From positions 1 through 56,651 of the forward strand of contig KZ538644.1 in the NCBI GenBank assembly GCA_000934665.2: a stretch of 56,651 nt of DNA, in the 5' to 3' direction. The notes under the pieces were generated by a model, which had not been told where the DNA came from, did no database searches, and was given only the letters and a program-made list of their open reading frames with translations. The stretch's first letter is position 1. Each line of letters begins with the position of its first letter. Below, piece after piece: positions 37,893 through 50,322 of this stretch. This DNA is from Catajapyx aquilonaris (taxonomy: Eukaryota). The translations under genes and the position numbers were made by a program.

Positions 37893-40861
37893 TCAAGTTT
37901 GATTGTTGGCAGCACCTGGGCCAACCATTATGCTGGCCAGGTCTTTCGTCTTCTCGATTGTCTCCCTGGACCACCGGAAGACGGACTTGATGCGATCGAA
38001 CACCACTGCATCGAACACGGATCGTGCAGTGTTTGTGTAATCGAACGGCTCTGAAATGAAGTCGTTTAAAAATCACCAACTTGAATCTGGCATTGACTGT
38101 CCAAATCAGCATCATCGAAGGACATAGAGCTAGGATACAATATTTGGCAACTGACCTTCTATGCACAGGTTCTTCCACTGGTGCGGTTCATTCTTTCTTG
38201 ACTTGGCAATCTGGCAGTGCCTCACTGGAAGCTTCGTGGCAAGTCGGACTGATATGGCATCCTGCTGAAAGCTGTTAAAACACACGCCATTACAATAACA
38301 ATTTCTGGAAGCACAATCACAGACGCAATAGTGCAAAAAAAACTCACTCAAATTCATCGTAGTACCGCAGGAATCCGATGAACAACTCTCCGAGCGTCTG
38401 CGTGTTGAGGGAGTTGAAGGGCGGAAACTTTTCATGTATGTTCACCCCCAGAACGTCTGAATCAGGGTTGAACTTCTCGGGGTAGAGAGAGTGGAGGCAA
38501 GGAAGCACTGGAGGGTCACAACCACCTATCGAAACAAAAAATTGGGAAGTCTTATTGCCTAAGTTATCAGGTTTTATCACCAGTACATTCAAAGACTTGT
38601 TTTAGGATGATGATTACTCTAGCTTTGTAAGTATCAGCCTACAATTTTCCCTTGTAAGGACCACCCTAATTATTTACAGTAAAACTGGCTCACACTGCAG
38701 GTAATGGATGACCATGAGCGTGAGAGAGTAGCTGGAGATGGTCATCTTCTTGGCATCGTTTATGTCGTTGACCTGGGCCCACTGCTTCACTGTCACCACC
38801 AGAGGCCGCACCCTCCAATCCACTGCGTAACGAGAAAAGCCATCAAAAATCACTTTCCAACTATCCAATTCCCTTTTTGCGAAACTCACTCTGGGAATAT
38901 GCGTACAGCAGGTGGGTGTTGCGGATGCCAACAAAATTGTTGCAGTTCAGGTCAATCTCCAGCTGACGGTGGAAGTCCATGAATTTCAGGATCGGAACCT
39001 TGGCATGAATCAAGGACATCTTGGCCACAAAATCTGTCGACAGACAATCGTTTTCCTTATTTTTTATCCACTAAATTTCTTCGCAAAAAAAAGTAAAAAG
39101 GTACACACCACACTTGTGCAACTGCCTGTGCAGGTTTCCGAGGTGGCCAATGGCCTCGTGCCTCTGGTCCACTTCCTGGTCGGACACCACCAGGCACATG
39201 TCCACGTCACTCTTTTCTCCGCCAAAGCCGCTCATCGTTGAACCAACCACAAACAAGTGGTGGCGGCAGTTAAGCATCTGAAACACCATTTATAAATCAC
39301 CATGACAGTAATATACGTAAATTATCAACTAACTTGGAAAGTATTAAGCCGCATTTACATGTGAGCAATTTGATCCGAGATGAGAACGAAAATATATTGT
39401 TACTCTCGCTCATCGCTGAACAATTCGCTCACATGTGAACGCGGCTTCAGGAATGAAATGTCCGTAATATCAAACAAAGTGATGTGTGTACGCACCTTGA
39501 TGATAAGGTAAAAGTCCTTCCAGAGTAGCATCTTCTTCTGGAAGGTCTGCAGAGTTTGACGCATGTTAACATACGTCGACCAGACGGATTCGGACAGCTG
39601 CAATGTCACATAGCATGAGAATGATTCAGCCAATCAAGTATTCTGATAGTACGTAAATAGCTAGGTGCTACGAGTATTTAAGGAGTTCATTTATTTCGTT
39701 TCCTTTCATATTATGCTGATTTGCTTAATGTTTGGCGGAAACTAGTCGTACTTGCTTATGAAGCTAGACTATTAGTCCACCAAGCCAAAACTTCATTTAA
39801 TTTGTTCTTAAAACATGTTACAGAATTGTTACAAATTACGATGGGTTGTGCAAAACTGTTCATTGAAAAAGGTCGGACAAGTCGCAATCGTTCAATCCGT
39901 TTCATAAAGAATTCTCACCTCTGCCATCTCTCCAGCCTGCTCGACAGGTGGCCTCATCAGCTGCGGCTCCATCGTCATTCTTTGGTTCAGATAATCATCC
40001 GGGTTCGGGTAAAGCTCGAGCACAAAAGTCGGCTGCGGAGGCGGATAATGGTACGCCTCCACCAGCCTCCTGTTGTTGTGGTAGTTGTGATTGTTGTGGT
40101 AGCCGTTGTAGTGCTGGTTTCTGTGCGGGTGGTGTAGCGGTGATGGTCTCATTTGGTGGAAACGACGCTTCGGGGCTTGGTGCTGGTAATGCCCCTCGAA
40201 ATTCGGGGTCATGGGCGGATTAGGCGTGAAGGAATGGGGACTCCGAGGCTGCTGGCGGCGGAACTGCCGTTGGTTCTGGTATCCCTGGTAATGATGCGGC
40301 TGGTGATGGTAACCATCCAGGTGTCTTCTGGAAAATAATATTCGTACAGTGCATTGTGACCACTGACTGAACTTGAGACTCACTTGACAGCCTTGTTATT
40401 GTTGCCCTCCTGGTCTCGGTAATTAGTCTGATGGTCCCCTTGTTGCTGGCCCTCATTGTTGCGAAACTGGTGCTTGTTTGGGGTAGGTGACCAGGAGGTG
40501 GATACCCCACTGTCGGAGCTGCTGTGAAGACTCTCGCTGCTGCCTGATTGGTCTGCCGGTTTGTACGACCTATAAATAAATTTGGATTAAACACCGCATC
40601 GGTTTGTCTACATTAATACAGCAAACAGTATACCAACCTGCCGTAATTTCTCTGCTGCGGCTGACCTCTTCCGTAATTATAAGTCTGAGGCGGAGTCAGT
40701 GCGTTTCCCTGTCCGCCCCTGGGCCTGCCCCTTCCATTGCCCTGCCATTCCTGCCCACCTTTGGGCTCCAGTCGTACCAATTGTAGGTACTCCAAATTGG
40801 GCTGCGGCCTCTCTTGGCCGTACTCGCCAAATTGGCCAAACGCATTGGACAGCATGTACAT
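37893..40861 (-). CDS. GLD2: Poly(A) RNA polymerase GLD2 (TENT2/PAPD4); exons 40861-40638, 40569-40384, 40327-39919, 39597-39496, 39277-39109, 39033-38890, 38822-38694, 38525-38348, 38271-38156, 38050-37893
   Basis: NTase motif VGSTMSGFG...SDVDMCL, AKVPILKF, IDLNCNN.VGIRNTHLL, DWRVRPLV..VK.WA, ISSYSL.LMVIHYLQC, LCIEEPFD.TNTARSV. The start codon and the two N-terminal exons are less certain. Confidence 0.93.
39348..39445. mobile_element. Harbinger-like MITE, copy 3 (GLD2 intron)
   Basis: GCCGCATTTACATGTGAGCAATT ... AATTCGCTCACATGTGAACGCGGC. Confidence 0.75.
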
Positions 40862-42339
40862 ATCTTTTCCTGTGCCGTTATTACTCGTATTGTACTTCAC
40901 AGCAGCTTCCTTGGTTCCCCTCGAATATTGGGAATCAGCAGGCGATCCTTGGCACTTTGTATGAATTCACATCTGTTATGTCAACGGCAGGCATTTTCCT
41001 ATGGAGATAAGGTGTACTCATTAGTTGCGATTCACGATGCACTTGCTCATAAAAACACACACACACGCTGATAAAAGGTCAGTGAGTCCAAGAAGTCAGC
41101 TGATTACGGCTTCATGTTTACATTGAACTCGGAAAATGCAGCTACTTAGAAAACCAGCGAAAATAAACAAATTCAATTGAAACATCGCAGCCTAAAATAG
41201 GTTGTATATTTCCATTCCTACTATGGGTTTCAGGGCTTCAGAGTTTAGACCCCCCTGAATTACGTCACAACTGATTGACGGCACGATTGGCGTTGTTGAA
41301 CCTGATACTTATCAAAAGTACGGTACGAAGCTCCATTGAGCCGACAGTACGAAAACACGGCAACTTGATGTGCGCTTTGTAAGTGCTCATTACAGGACTT
41401 TGGTGCACTTTAGCCGAGCCAAAATATATTTAAAAAAAAAGGTTTCTCCATTTCCGGAATCTACTCGACAAGCTGACAGCGAGTCGAATACTATGCGTCG
41501 GGTGTGGGAACTTTTCGTTCAAATGTTTATCTATATAAATAAAGCCATTTGTGAGTCTGTCTGTCTGTCCGCCTGCCAACCGTCATTTGCCTGCCATCTG
41601 TGCTCCACCCCCAGGCCAGGAGAGGATGGAGGTGTTGGGGGTTGACTACAGATGGCAGGCCGTTGCCATTATACAGGCGGGAGAGGTTGGTGTTGGAGTA
41701 GCAGGACCACAGATGGCATTGGTGGCCGGACACACAGAAAGACAGACAGTTGACGGGGGTACGTTTTCCCTTCATTCATTTCTTCCCGGGCAACGCCGGG
41801 TGCCACATCTAGTTTTATAATAAGTAATAAGTAACATATTGGGTGTTTGTCGACACTGTTTACTCCTGTTGCATGCAGAATTCTGTGTGGAAACATAGCA
41901 ACATGTTGTGATGCTGAATAGGTTTGTTGGATAGAACGGCTTGTGTCTGTAGGCTACTGCTTTGAGGTGACCGCACCAGTACATGTTCCGGCCAGGCACG
42001 GTACGTCATATTGTGGCCACATTGTGCTGCCACAGAACCCGTCCCTGCCAGGCACAGTACGTCGCATTGAGAGCTTTCATTTATTAATTATTTAATTAAT
42101 TAATTATTATTTTCAAAAATGCAATGATTGTTTTTCGAGGCACCCTACGAATGGGACATTCGATCTGCGTGACTGACCTTTTGTTTTGACCTCGAGTGTC
42201 AGGCAAGTGGTCACAGCGTCCCTTCCTTCCGTCGATTGACTCCCGTGCCGAATGATGAGAGGCGAAAGACCCTGGGCCCGACTACCCAACTTCAGCGCAT
42301 TCTAGTCTCACCGGCAGCCATGTTCCGTATGGACAAAAA

Positions 42340-43218
42340 AAGATGTAATGTGGGGCAGGGTTACCAGGTCCGGAAAAAAGGTTGCCAGATGCAAGGGATA
42401 TAACCAGAGTGGGTGCGTTCGAAACATGAGATTATGGGAGTGACGTCATGCATCTAGCTAGCGGTGAGTTCAAATGGTTCAAATTGAGAGCATGGCAGTA
42501 CATGGGGTACATACGACAGGCACTTCCCGAGGCACTTGCAGCGTGTGCGAGTGTTCACAACGGAATGCGACGCTAAAGAATTTCAACAGTAACTAGAAAA
42601 AAACCCTCGCTACTCTCGTCTCCAGGCATAAAAAAGCCACTCGCTTCGCACGCTTTATTTCTAGGCCTGCGGCCTGCGATGGTGGATGACATATTGCTAA
42701 TTGCCGTCCCCCATCTATATCTATGCGCACTTCCACAAAAGTTTCAACTGAAATGATCTCAACAATATACCGGTATATGAGTAGCCAGTGAGTAGCCTAA
42801 ACAAGTGTCAACAGAGGGGGAATTGTTATCATATTGTTGTATGAGGAAGCCAATCGGAAGTGTCGCGGTAACAATATGAGGCGGACCAATCAGAAGTACG
42901 ATGTTGCACTACTCACTGATACCAAAAAAAATACCCTCGCACAACTGTAACTACATGTACTAAAGATGCAATAAATGTTACTTAATTTTCAAAGCAATTA
43001 GTCTTATTACTTATTACTCACATAATTATGTAATTCTACATTAGAAATAATTGTGCTGAAATATCGAATCGCAAAGCGATGAATCGATCTTTTTTTGTGT
43101 AAATCGTTGAATATCGTATCGATTATCGTGACGTCATGGAGTGGCCGCCATTTTGTTTCGTGTCCACTTTTTTTTCCCGTTGCTCTGTTCGACTCGTTGA
43201 ATTTGTTCCCTGAAAATA
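42340..43218. promoter_or_regulatory. Putative divergent promoter region of GLD2 and TAF7
   Basis: Full CRE TGACGTCA at 42441 and 43129; YY1-like GCCGCCATTTT at about 43144; ATCGAT motifs near 43083 and 43118; a minus-strand splice donor near 42177 suggests a GLD2 5' UTR exon. Confidence 0.55.
42591..42897. mobile_element. Interspersed repeat related to 24988-25382
   Basis: Shared terminal blocks as described for 24988-25382. Confidence 0.65.
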
Positions 43219-45536
43219 ATGCCACGGAAGAATAAGCCCAGTCCGTCTGATCCTGGAGGCTCCAGAGACGCCTCTGGACAGCAAGGACAAGGTGCTGGGG
43301 GTGGAGTGACTAAAAAGAAGAAACAGCAACCTCAGAAGGACGATGGGCCTGAAGAGTTGGAGGAACACTACATACTCAGGCTGCCCCAGGTATTACTTTC
43401 ATAGTCTTCAATGTAAAACATTGTTATGTAAATGTTACATGTTCAGGAACAGGCCGCGGTGTTAAGAGAAGCTTTGAGGTCAGGTCTTGGGTCAGGTAAG
43501 GCTTCAGTGAGAAACAGGCTGAAGATCCAGATGGAACAGGACATGAGACATGCGAAGGTCTTCTTGGATGGCCAGATGCTCCATGGAAAGGTGCTTGACT
43601 TGCCCACTCATGTGGAGACACTCAAGACCACTGATAACAAGAGTTTCTACAAGACTGCTGATGTGTCTCAGGTACTTTGTGTGAGTAAATGAGGTCAACA
43701 ATTAGGACACTGATCATTGAGGTTGTACTGCAGATGCTGGTTTGCACGGAAGAGGAAGAAGAGGATCCAGCCACACCTGATCCTAAGGTGACAACTGACA
43801 CAGCAAAGAAGGATCCAAGAAAAGTCGACAAGAAGTTTCTTCTACCTCATGGCATAACTCCACCCATGAAGAATGTCCGCAAGAGAAGATTCAGAAGAAC
43901 ATTGAAGAGGAAGGTAATGGCTATTTTTTAAATGAAAGCTACACAATATCCAGTTTGTAACTCAAATTAACATTGTAATCATTTTTGTTCACAATAAGAG
44001 TTACAATGCAAGTTGTTGGAAACTTGCATGGTTGTGAGTGGGATAGATGTGCAAGATTGTACTTTTTAATTTGTCTCATTGAAAAGTAGGTTATGGAAGG
44101 AAAGACAGTGTAATATGTATATTGAATGATCCATCTACAGGTTCAAGATCCTCCAGATATACAGAAGGAGGTGCAAAATCTCCTTCGCATGGACCAGGAA
44201 GCAGTTCATGTGCGATGGGAGATTCTTGATGAAGAGGAGGTAATGACAGGAGCTGTGGGAGGCAAAGCAAGCAACAAAGGAGAAGGCGAGATGGATGAGT
44301 CCTCATGTATCGGTCAGTGATTGGTGTTATTATTTTTATTAGTGTAACAGTTTACACAATAAGTTTACACAATAAGTTTACACAATAACATAATTATTAG
44401 TCTTCATCCACCCCTTTTGCTTCAGATGTCAACAGTTATGTGATGGGCATTTGTCCTCAAATCTTACATTTCAATATTGATGGGGGAAAAATAATTTCAT
44501 GCCATGTTTTATTGAACAATTTTTATCCGTGTTGTACAGTGATTTCTATAGTAATTAAAAACATTTGTCTTTAATGCAAGAGTTGTTTCTAATGCCAGGC
44601 ATCATTATTTAGATGAAAGTGACATATTTGGTGAAATCCTGAGTGAATCTCTGGAAGGATCACAAATATCACCAATGAGCATGCAAATGCTTTTGGATGA
44701 CAGCAGCTCTACAGGAGGAGATTCCCAAACGTCCACCTCATCATACATCGCCTCTCTTATGGAGGTTTGCCTTCATTATTTATTGAATTATTCTTACCAT
44801 TATCCAACATAAGCAATAGACAGGTGTTTGCAGTTAAATCCTCAGATTTTATATCCAAATCAACATTAACAGATGCAAACAGCATACAGTAAAAACGAGT
44901 AAAAATCATTGCAGATATTTTGTAAAGGGACATACAAACAAGAGATATGACATGTTGTATGACCAAACTAAGCTATCTCAGGTGATAATCTGTTTTTTGC
45001 AGTTGCAGATGAAGGTGAAGGAAAAGAAGAAGCCACGGGTCAAGAGAATGGTCACATATGAGAAACCCTCTTGCAGCATGGGAGATGCTGGTGCTTCTGG
45101 TGGGGAAGAAAGTCCTATTCCTTCTACGAGCACAGCATCCAAAGATACAGGTGACCATATGCCAAAGTAATATATTATTGTGCAGAAAGAGTATACGTTT
45201 TATCATTTTCAGAAGAGATTATGGCACGTCTCCGAGTCTTACGGCAAGAAATATCTGAGCTCCGTGTTCGCCGAACTGTGTTGGAAGATGAAATAGAAGG
45301 TATGACAAATGTGCCTCTTCGAAAGCGGTTTAAGCGGAATCTGAAAAGCATCATTAAAGAGCTGGAACAAAAAGAGCAGAAGGTGAGCAAGTATTCTGTA
45401 AAATTTGCTAGCTGCTACTGAATGTTATGTTCCTTTACATAACCAAATTTCTCTCCTGCTTCTTCAGCGTGAAGAACTACTTGCAATGATACAGCTGAGC
45501 ACACAGCTGGAAAACATGTTCTTAGACAAATACTGA
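43219..45536 (+). CDS. TAF7: Transcription initiation factor TFIID subunit 7; exons 43219-43389, 43447-43671, 43734-43913, 44141-44312, 44613-44764, ~45003-45150, 45213-45382, 45468-45536
   Basis: [85 protein letters not shown]-terminal coiled coil N.PLRKRF. AATAAA at 45539. Boundaries of exons 5-6 are less sure. Confidence 0.95.
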
Positions 45537-45896
45537 ACAATAAAGCTGTTTTGTTCTTGACAATATGACAACTTGGACATAAATGTGATTTGATGTGCTA
45601 CCTCTTCCCCCGAGGTCTTCCCATATAAATAGTCAGTAATTTTCTGATCTTACAGTGTCTGGATATATCAGTACAACAACACGACAGGGTGATAACTGAA
45701 GACGTGCTCTGTTAAAACTAGTTTTTACAATAGAAGACATCAAGAGACATATCAACGAATATTGGATTCATACACAGTATCAGGAAATGAGATTGTAAAC
45801 ATTTATTTCAATTTTCACGTTTGAAATTTTGACATAATTATACACACTTTAAAGTGAATTTTTGTTTCGCATATAATTCATGGGAATCTTGAAGGC

Positions 45897-46910
45897 TTAC
45901 AGATCCAAAAGACAATTGAAAACATCTAAATCGACACATTCCTTCCATGACTGCTGCGTTTCCTTAACAGCCTTCAAATTGAACTTGACAAACTTTAAAC
46001 ACTTATCCTTCAGTGTTGGTGCGTTGTACATTATGGCACACTTCAAAAGTCCCAGTGCTTTTTCAACAGTCACGATGAGATGGAGTTCACACAATGACTT
46101 CAGCTTAAGAACCTGATACTTATCAGCTATTACCAACAGTTCCATAGCATTTTCATCAGTCATGCTTGCTGGAATGTCATCAGAGTACATGAAGTCTATG
46201 AGGAGTTGCACCACTTCAGGCTTGAAGTCCGTGATAATGACCTTTCCTGTCCTCTTTTCCTCAGTCTCATGCTCGAACATGGCTGCAAACACTGGGCTCC
46301 GAGCACCAAGAATAAACTTGTGGACTGTAATTTCTGACCCATTTGCCACCAATGTCACATCCCTCCTCAATGCAGCTGGCTGCAGTGCGTTTTGCACATC
46401 TTGAGACAATCCAGGGCCGTGAACATGGGTACTCTCTGTCACTTCCTCATGCTTTCTCTCAAAAAGATAATTTCCCTCACAAATCAAGGTAAGGGTGTCA
46501 TTAGGTAGGAGGTCAGATGCCATTTCTTTCAACGTTTGGATGGAAATAAATTTGTTATAGCCCCAAGATAGATTGGCCTTTTTTTTGCTTTGCAGCTGAA
46601 CAACACCGCTCTTGCTGTAGTCGTTGTTGGTGGCACTCTTAATGGAGTACGTTCTTGATGCTGTGACCTCATCATTATCGTGGGCAGGAAGATAGGTGAG
46701 GAAAAACGACAGATAACCACTAGATTCCTGATTAATGCCTTTGGGATAGAGGTTCATCGTCCACTTTCTTGGTGTTGGTCCTCCCGTTGTAAACGGTGGG
46801 GATGTAATTTTGTGCTCTTCTTCTAGTAACATGCTATAATTCTGAATAGTCCATTTGAAGCAGAATGGTCGAATTTCTCGAGTAGAGATAAAGTGTTGGA
46901 TGTCAGACAT
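45897..46910 (-). CDS. Speckle-type POZ protein-like (MATH-BTB), intronless CDS, 337 aa
   Basis: MATH: FKWTIQNYS...SPPF...KW.MNLYPKG...YLSFFL...WGYNKFI...DTLTL.CE. BTB: DVTLV....I.VHKFILGARSPVFAAMFEH...LL.IADKYQV..LK..CE. BACK region is shortened. A divergent paralog rather than the SPOP/rdx ortholog. Confidence 0.93.
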   Translation of the reverse strand: MSDIQHFISTREIRPFCFKWTIQNYSMLLEEEHKITSPPFTTGGPTPRKWTMNLYPKGINQESSGYLSFFLTYLPAHDNDEVTASRTYSIKSATNNDYSKSGVVQLQSKKKANLSWGYNKFISIQTLKEMASDLLPNDTLTLICEGNYLFERKHEEVTESTHVHGPGLSQDVQNALQPAALRRDVTLVANGSEITVHKFILGARSPVFAAMFEHETEEKRTGKVIITDFKPEVVQLLIDFMYSDDIPASMTDENAMELLVIADKYQVLKLKSLCELHLIVTVEKALGLLKCAIMYNAPTLKDKCLKFVKFNLKAVKETQQSWKECVDLDVFNCLLDL

Positions 46911-47443
46911 AGTTGTTGATCACCTGCAGGAAAAAAGAATCATGGATGTTATTAATACTGAGAAATTCCTTTGAAATGCAGGAATTAAGAAGGATAATTG
47001 TCACCAATTAATAGCAACAGTGATTAGGATCATTTAGATTTTCACTGCCACTAACAACATATTATAATAATTACCCGTAGGCTTGAGATTTCTAATCTTT
47101 TATATAAATTATGTCATAATGAACATTTCATTTTTTTTGCCCTACTAACATAATCTAATAATTCTTACCCCTTGAGAAGACCACTGGTGAGTTCAACTAC
47201 TGATGTTTTTCCAGAATGTCACCATTAAATTTTTTTCTTCATTTGTCTGATTGGTTGTTTCAATAGTAACGACAACACAGTACCATGGCAACAATGGCAT
47301 TATTCAACAATATCAATGGTGCCAGACCGTGGGAACAAAAGTTGCTTCCTGCTAGTAAAATTTGCAATTATTTAACTGCCACATTTACGTTGAATTAATT
47401 TGTATTTATCATTGATTGAATAACTACCGGGGGGGGGGGGGGG

Positions 47444-47464
47444 NNNNNNNNNNNNNNNNNNNNN
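47444..47464. other. Assembly gap (N run) preceded by a poly-G tract
   Basis: Directly visible. Confidence 0.99.
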
Positions 47465-47828
47465 CTGGCAGCCCTGAAAACAACTGCAATAATAGTGTTG
47501 TTTTATGACCTCTGGTGGTGTAAACAAACTGACTCAGTTCCGAGAGAAAGTTCGAAGGAGCAACTTTATTTTTTTTCTTCTTCGTATTCTACCGAGTGAA
47601 ACAGGTAATATTGATCTTGAAGAAGCATCTACTTGTTATTATTTCATCTTTATATCAATACTGAGGTGCACTTTGCTATACAATTGTCGATGTTCCTGGT
47701 AGATAGTTGATGAAAATTAATTTATTCGATCATGTCTACTATCATGAGACATTTTCATACCTGAAGTGTCACACTTTACAGTTGTTGTTTCAATATGTGC
47801 CACGTTTTGTTCCAGCTAGTCGTATACC

Positions 47829-48674
47829 ATGAGTAAGTCTGGTCCATTGGGTCCATCAGCCCTACCAGTATCTCCTGGTGGTAAACGCATCGTCCACCGA
47901 AAGCAAAGACCCATATTTCCAACAAAACAATGGCGAGACTATTCGGTAAAAAGCTCTATTCTTTGGCCATTTTTGGGGGTACTTAACTGGTTCAGATGGA
48001 AAACCACAATTTGGTTGAACAGTGTTGCCAAACAAGTTTGTTGATCATATACCTTATGTCACATCTGGTTTGGGCAAGATTGTGCGGAGAACCAAATAGT
48101 GGGCATGTTCTGGTTCTGGTACAGGAAGTTAATGTGCTCCTTTTAATTAAACTGTTTTAATAACATTAATTTTTAAATGATTAAGGAATGGTCCGAGTTA
48201 AGATTTGCCCAGACATGGCTGGACGAGATCATCCGTGCTCTTCCCAGCAACTACAAGGGTAAAATGGACGAACTGAAGTCCAGGTTTAGCCAAGGTTCCA
48301 ACATCGACTGGACCAAATTCTACCAGGACCTTGCAAATAAGATCAACGAACTGCCCAAATGCATAGCAAAAGAGAGAAGGAAGATGGCCTTGCAGCACAG
48401 ACAGTACTTCTTCAACATCCAAATTAACAACAACCTGGTTCTGATCGACGGCCTTCCGAAGAAGATCGAATCGGAAGATATGTTGTCCCCAACTCTGTCT
48501 CAAACTACCAGTGCCACAGCGCTTGTCACAAAAGACGTGGGTCTTGATGTAAATGAAAAAGAACAGCAACGGATATCAGTAGACATCGTAGATGCATCCA
48601 AGTTGTCCCAGGAAGAGCTGACAAGTTTGTACAAGAAGGTCATGAAGAGCGCAATGAACGCAAGGATAGATTGA
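47829..48674 (+). CDS. Uncharacterised protein; probable exons 47829-47945, ~47997-48128 (uncertain), 48186-48674
   Basis: Long coding-like terminal exon (EWSELRFAQTWLDEIIR...AMNARID*), a first exon with ATG and donor, and ATTAAA after the stop. No recognisable domain. Confidence 0.55.
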
Positions 48675-49044
48675 ATGTTAGCAGAGCCACTAATTAAAGT
48701 TTTTTTTTCATCTAGAACTTTTTTTTCTTTCATATTTTAGTGATGACTTGATCATAGAGTAGGCAACTTATAACTGAATCACATAACATATCACTGCAAC
48801 ACTATTTTTCCAGCTTAATAATAACATTTGGACATTAACTCGGAAAACAAGCACTTGAACTGTTCATGGAACATTTTATTTGGTAATGATGTGATGCAAT
48901 TTTTAGTGTGAGCAACAGGTGGCATCACATGTCATCAACATTGTCCCCAAACAGAAAAATTATTAACAATAATCAGACTACTGCCAACTAAAGAAAAAAA
49001 AATTGCAGTTTTCTGTAAACTTCTACAGGCCAGAAGCTCCTGGT

Positions 49045-50322
49045 TCAGTTTTTTTTCTTCTTTTCGGCAGCCTTCTTGCCCTTCTTATACTCCTCTGATA
49101 CAGTAGCCTTTGCCACCTCATTCTTGTTGCCTGGTTTGGTCGGCATCCTGGGAAGACGTACCGGTAGTACATGTCCGTTCATCATCTGCCCACTGAATGA
49201 AGGAGCAAGAGGTGGAGAACAAACATCAGCAACCTCCGATGATCTGCTGATATCATATTTCATAATTATAAATTGAGCCCATCAAACACACCGAATTGCA
49301 ACAATGCTTTATGATGAACTTACGCCAACTGAGGCTGGTCCTGTATCTTCTTTGGAACATATGATCCTTCCACAAGGTTGTCCCAGCACTCACTTTCCTG
49401 AGGGGGTAGATGCATATGGAGCTGACCACTGGCAGACTTGGATGACCTGCAATGGCATTGTGTTAATACACTTCTCTCTTGTATGTTGGTTCCAAGTTGG
49501 TCAACCTACCTGGTGTTGTACATCAGGGCTCGTGTCTTGCGATATAAAACTCGCTTCGCCTTGGTAAGTCCGACGGGTGCGCTGAAGACATGAGGCATAA
49601 TTATCAGCAAATTCAAGCAAATCTGATGCACTAGTTTCTAATCCTCCCGAAATGATTTTTATTCCGTAATTAGTGACGTGGGGTCGAAATCTTAAGATTA
49701 AGTATCTAATTAGATGCCATAAAAAGAAATAAGGGCATGAAACATTGCTGATCCATGTTGCATTTAAGGTGAACCTATCAAACGGGATGAAGTGCAACAA
49801 AGAGCTTATTAAATGAGAACTCACATTAGGAGTGATGGCTCGCTCCGGCACTTCACAGTGGGGTCGTAGGTGCCCTCGAAGGAGTCGTCCCAAAATTCAC
49901 CTGTCAATGGAACATTCTGATGATCGACATTATGAATCATGGGATGGTTCTTCAAAGCAGCAGCAGTATTCGGTGCATCTGAGGGATTTAAAACAAAATC
50001 ACAGAATGAGAATCTGAAGAATATTTTTTGTGCATATTTGGGGACATAATTATTATCAAAACCTGAGAAACAAGTAAAATGGACATTTACCTGTGATCTT
50101 CTGCATGGGTCGGCTTGGGCATGACTTCTCATGATCTGGAAGCTCCGCTGACGGAAAGAGGTGTGTGGAATTAAACGGACACACTTTCAATCCGGAATGA
50201 GCATGAAGCCTCTGGCACTTTACGATATGGGTGGAGAACTTGCTGGCCAATATCTTATTGTGTCCCCTATTGTAGGGGCACACCTTTAGTACTTCACCTT
50301 CATATAGAGGGAAAGACATCAT
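49045..50322 (-). CDS. GTSF1: GTSF1/Asterix-like protein with two CHHC (U11-48K) zinc fingers; exons 50322-50091, 49978-49825, 49581-49510, 49446-49324, 49246-49045
   Basis: CPYNRGH.....KFSTHIVKC and CPFNSTH.....ELPDHEKSCP, then EFWDD..EGTYDP and APVGLTKAKR. All splice phases are consistent through to the stop. Orthology versus paralogy is unresolved. Confidence 0.85.

Noticed and set aside
41370..42070. Short ORFs with weak similarity to 21600-21890 (CCTGCCAGGCAC.GTAC words)
   Set aside because: Probably a degenerate interspersed repeat in a GLD2 5' intron; no coherent protein or defined ends.
47428..47464. Poly-G tract as a G-quadruplex element
   Set aside because: It abuts the N gap and is probably a sequencing or assembly artefact.
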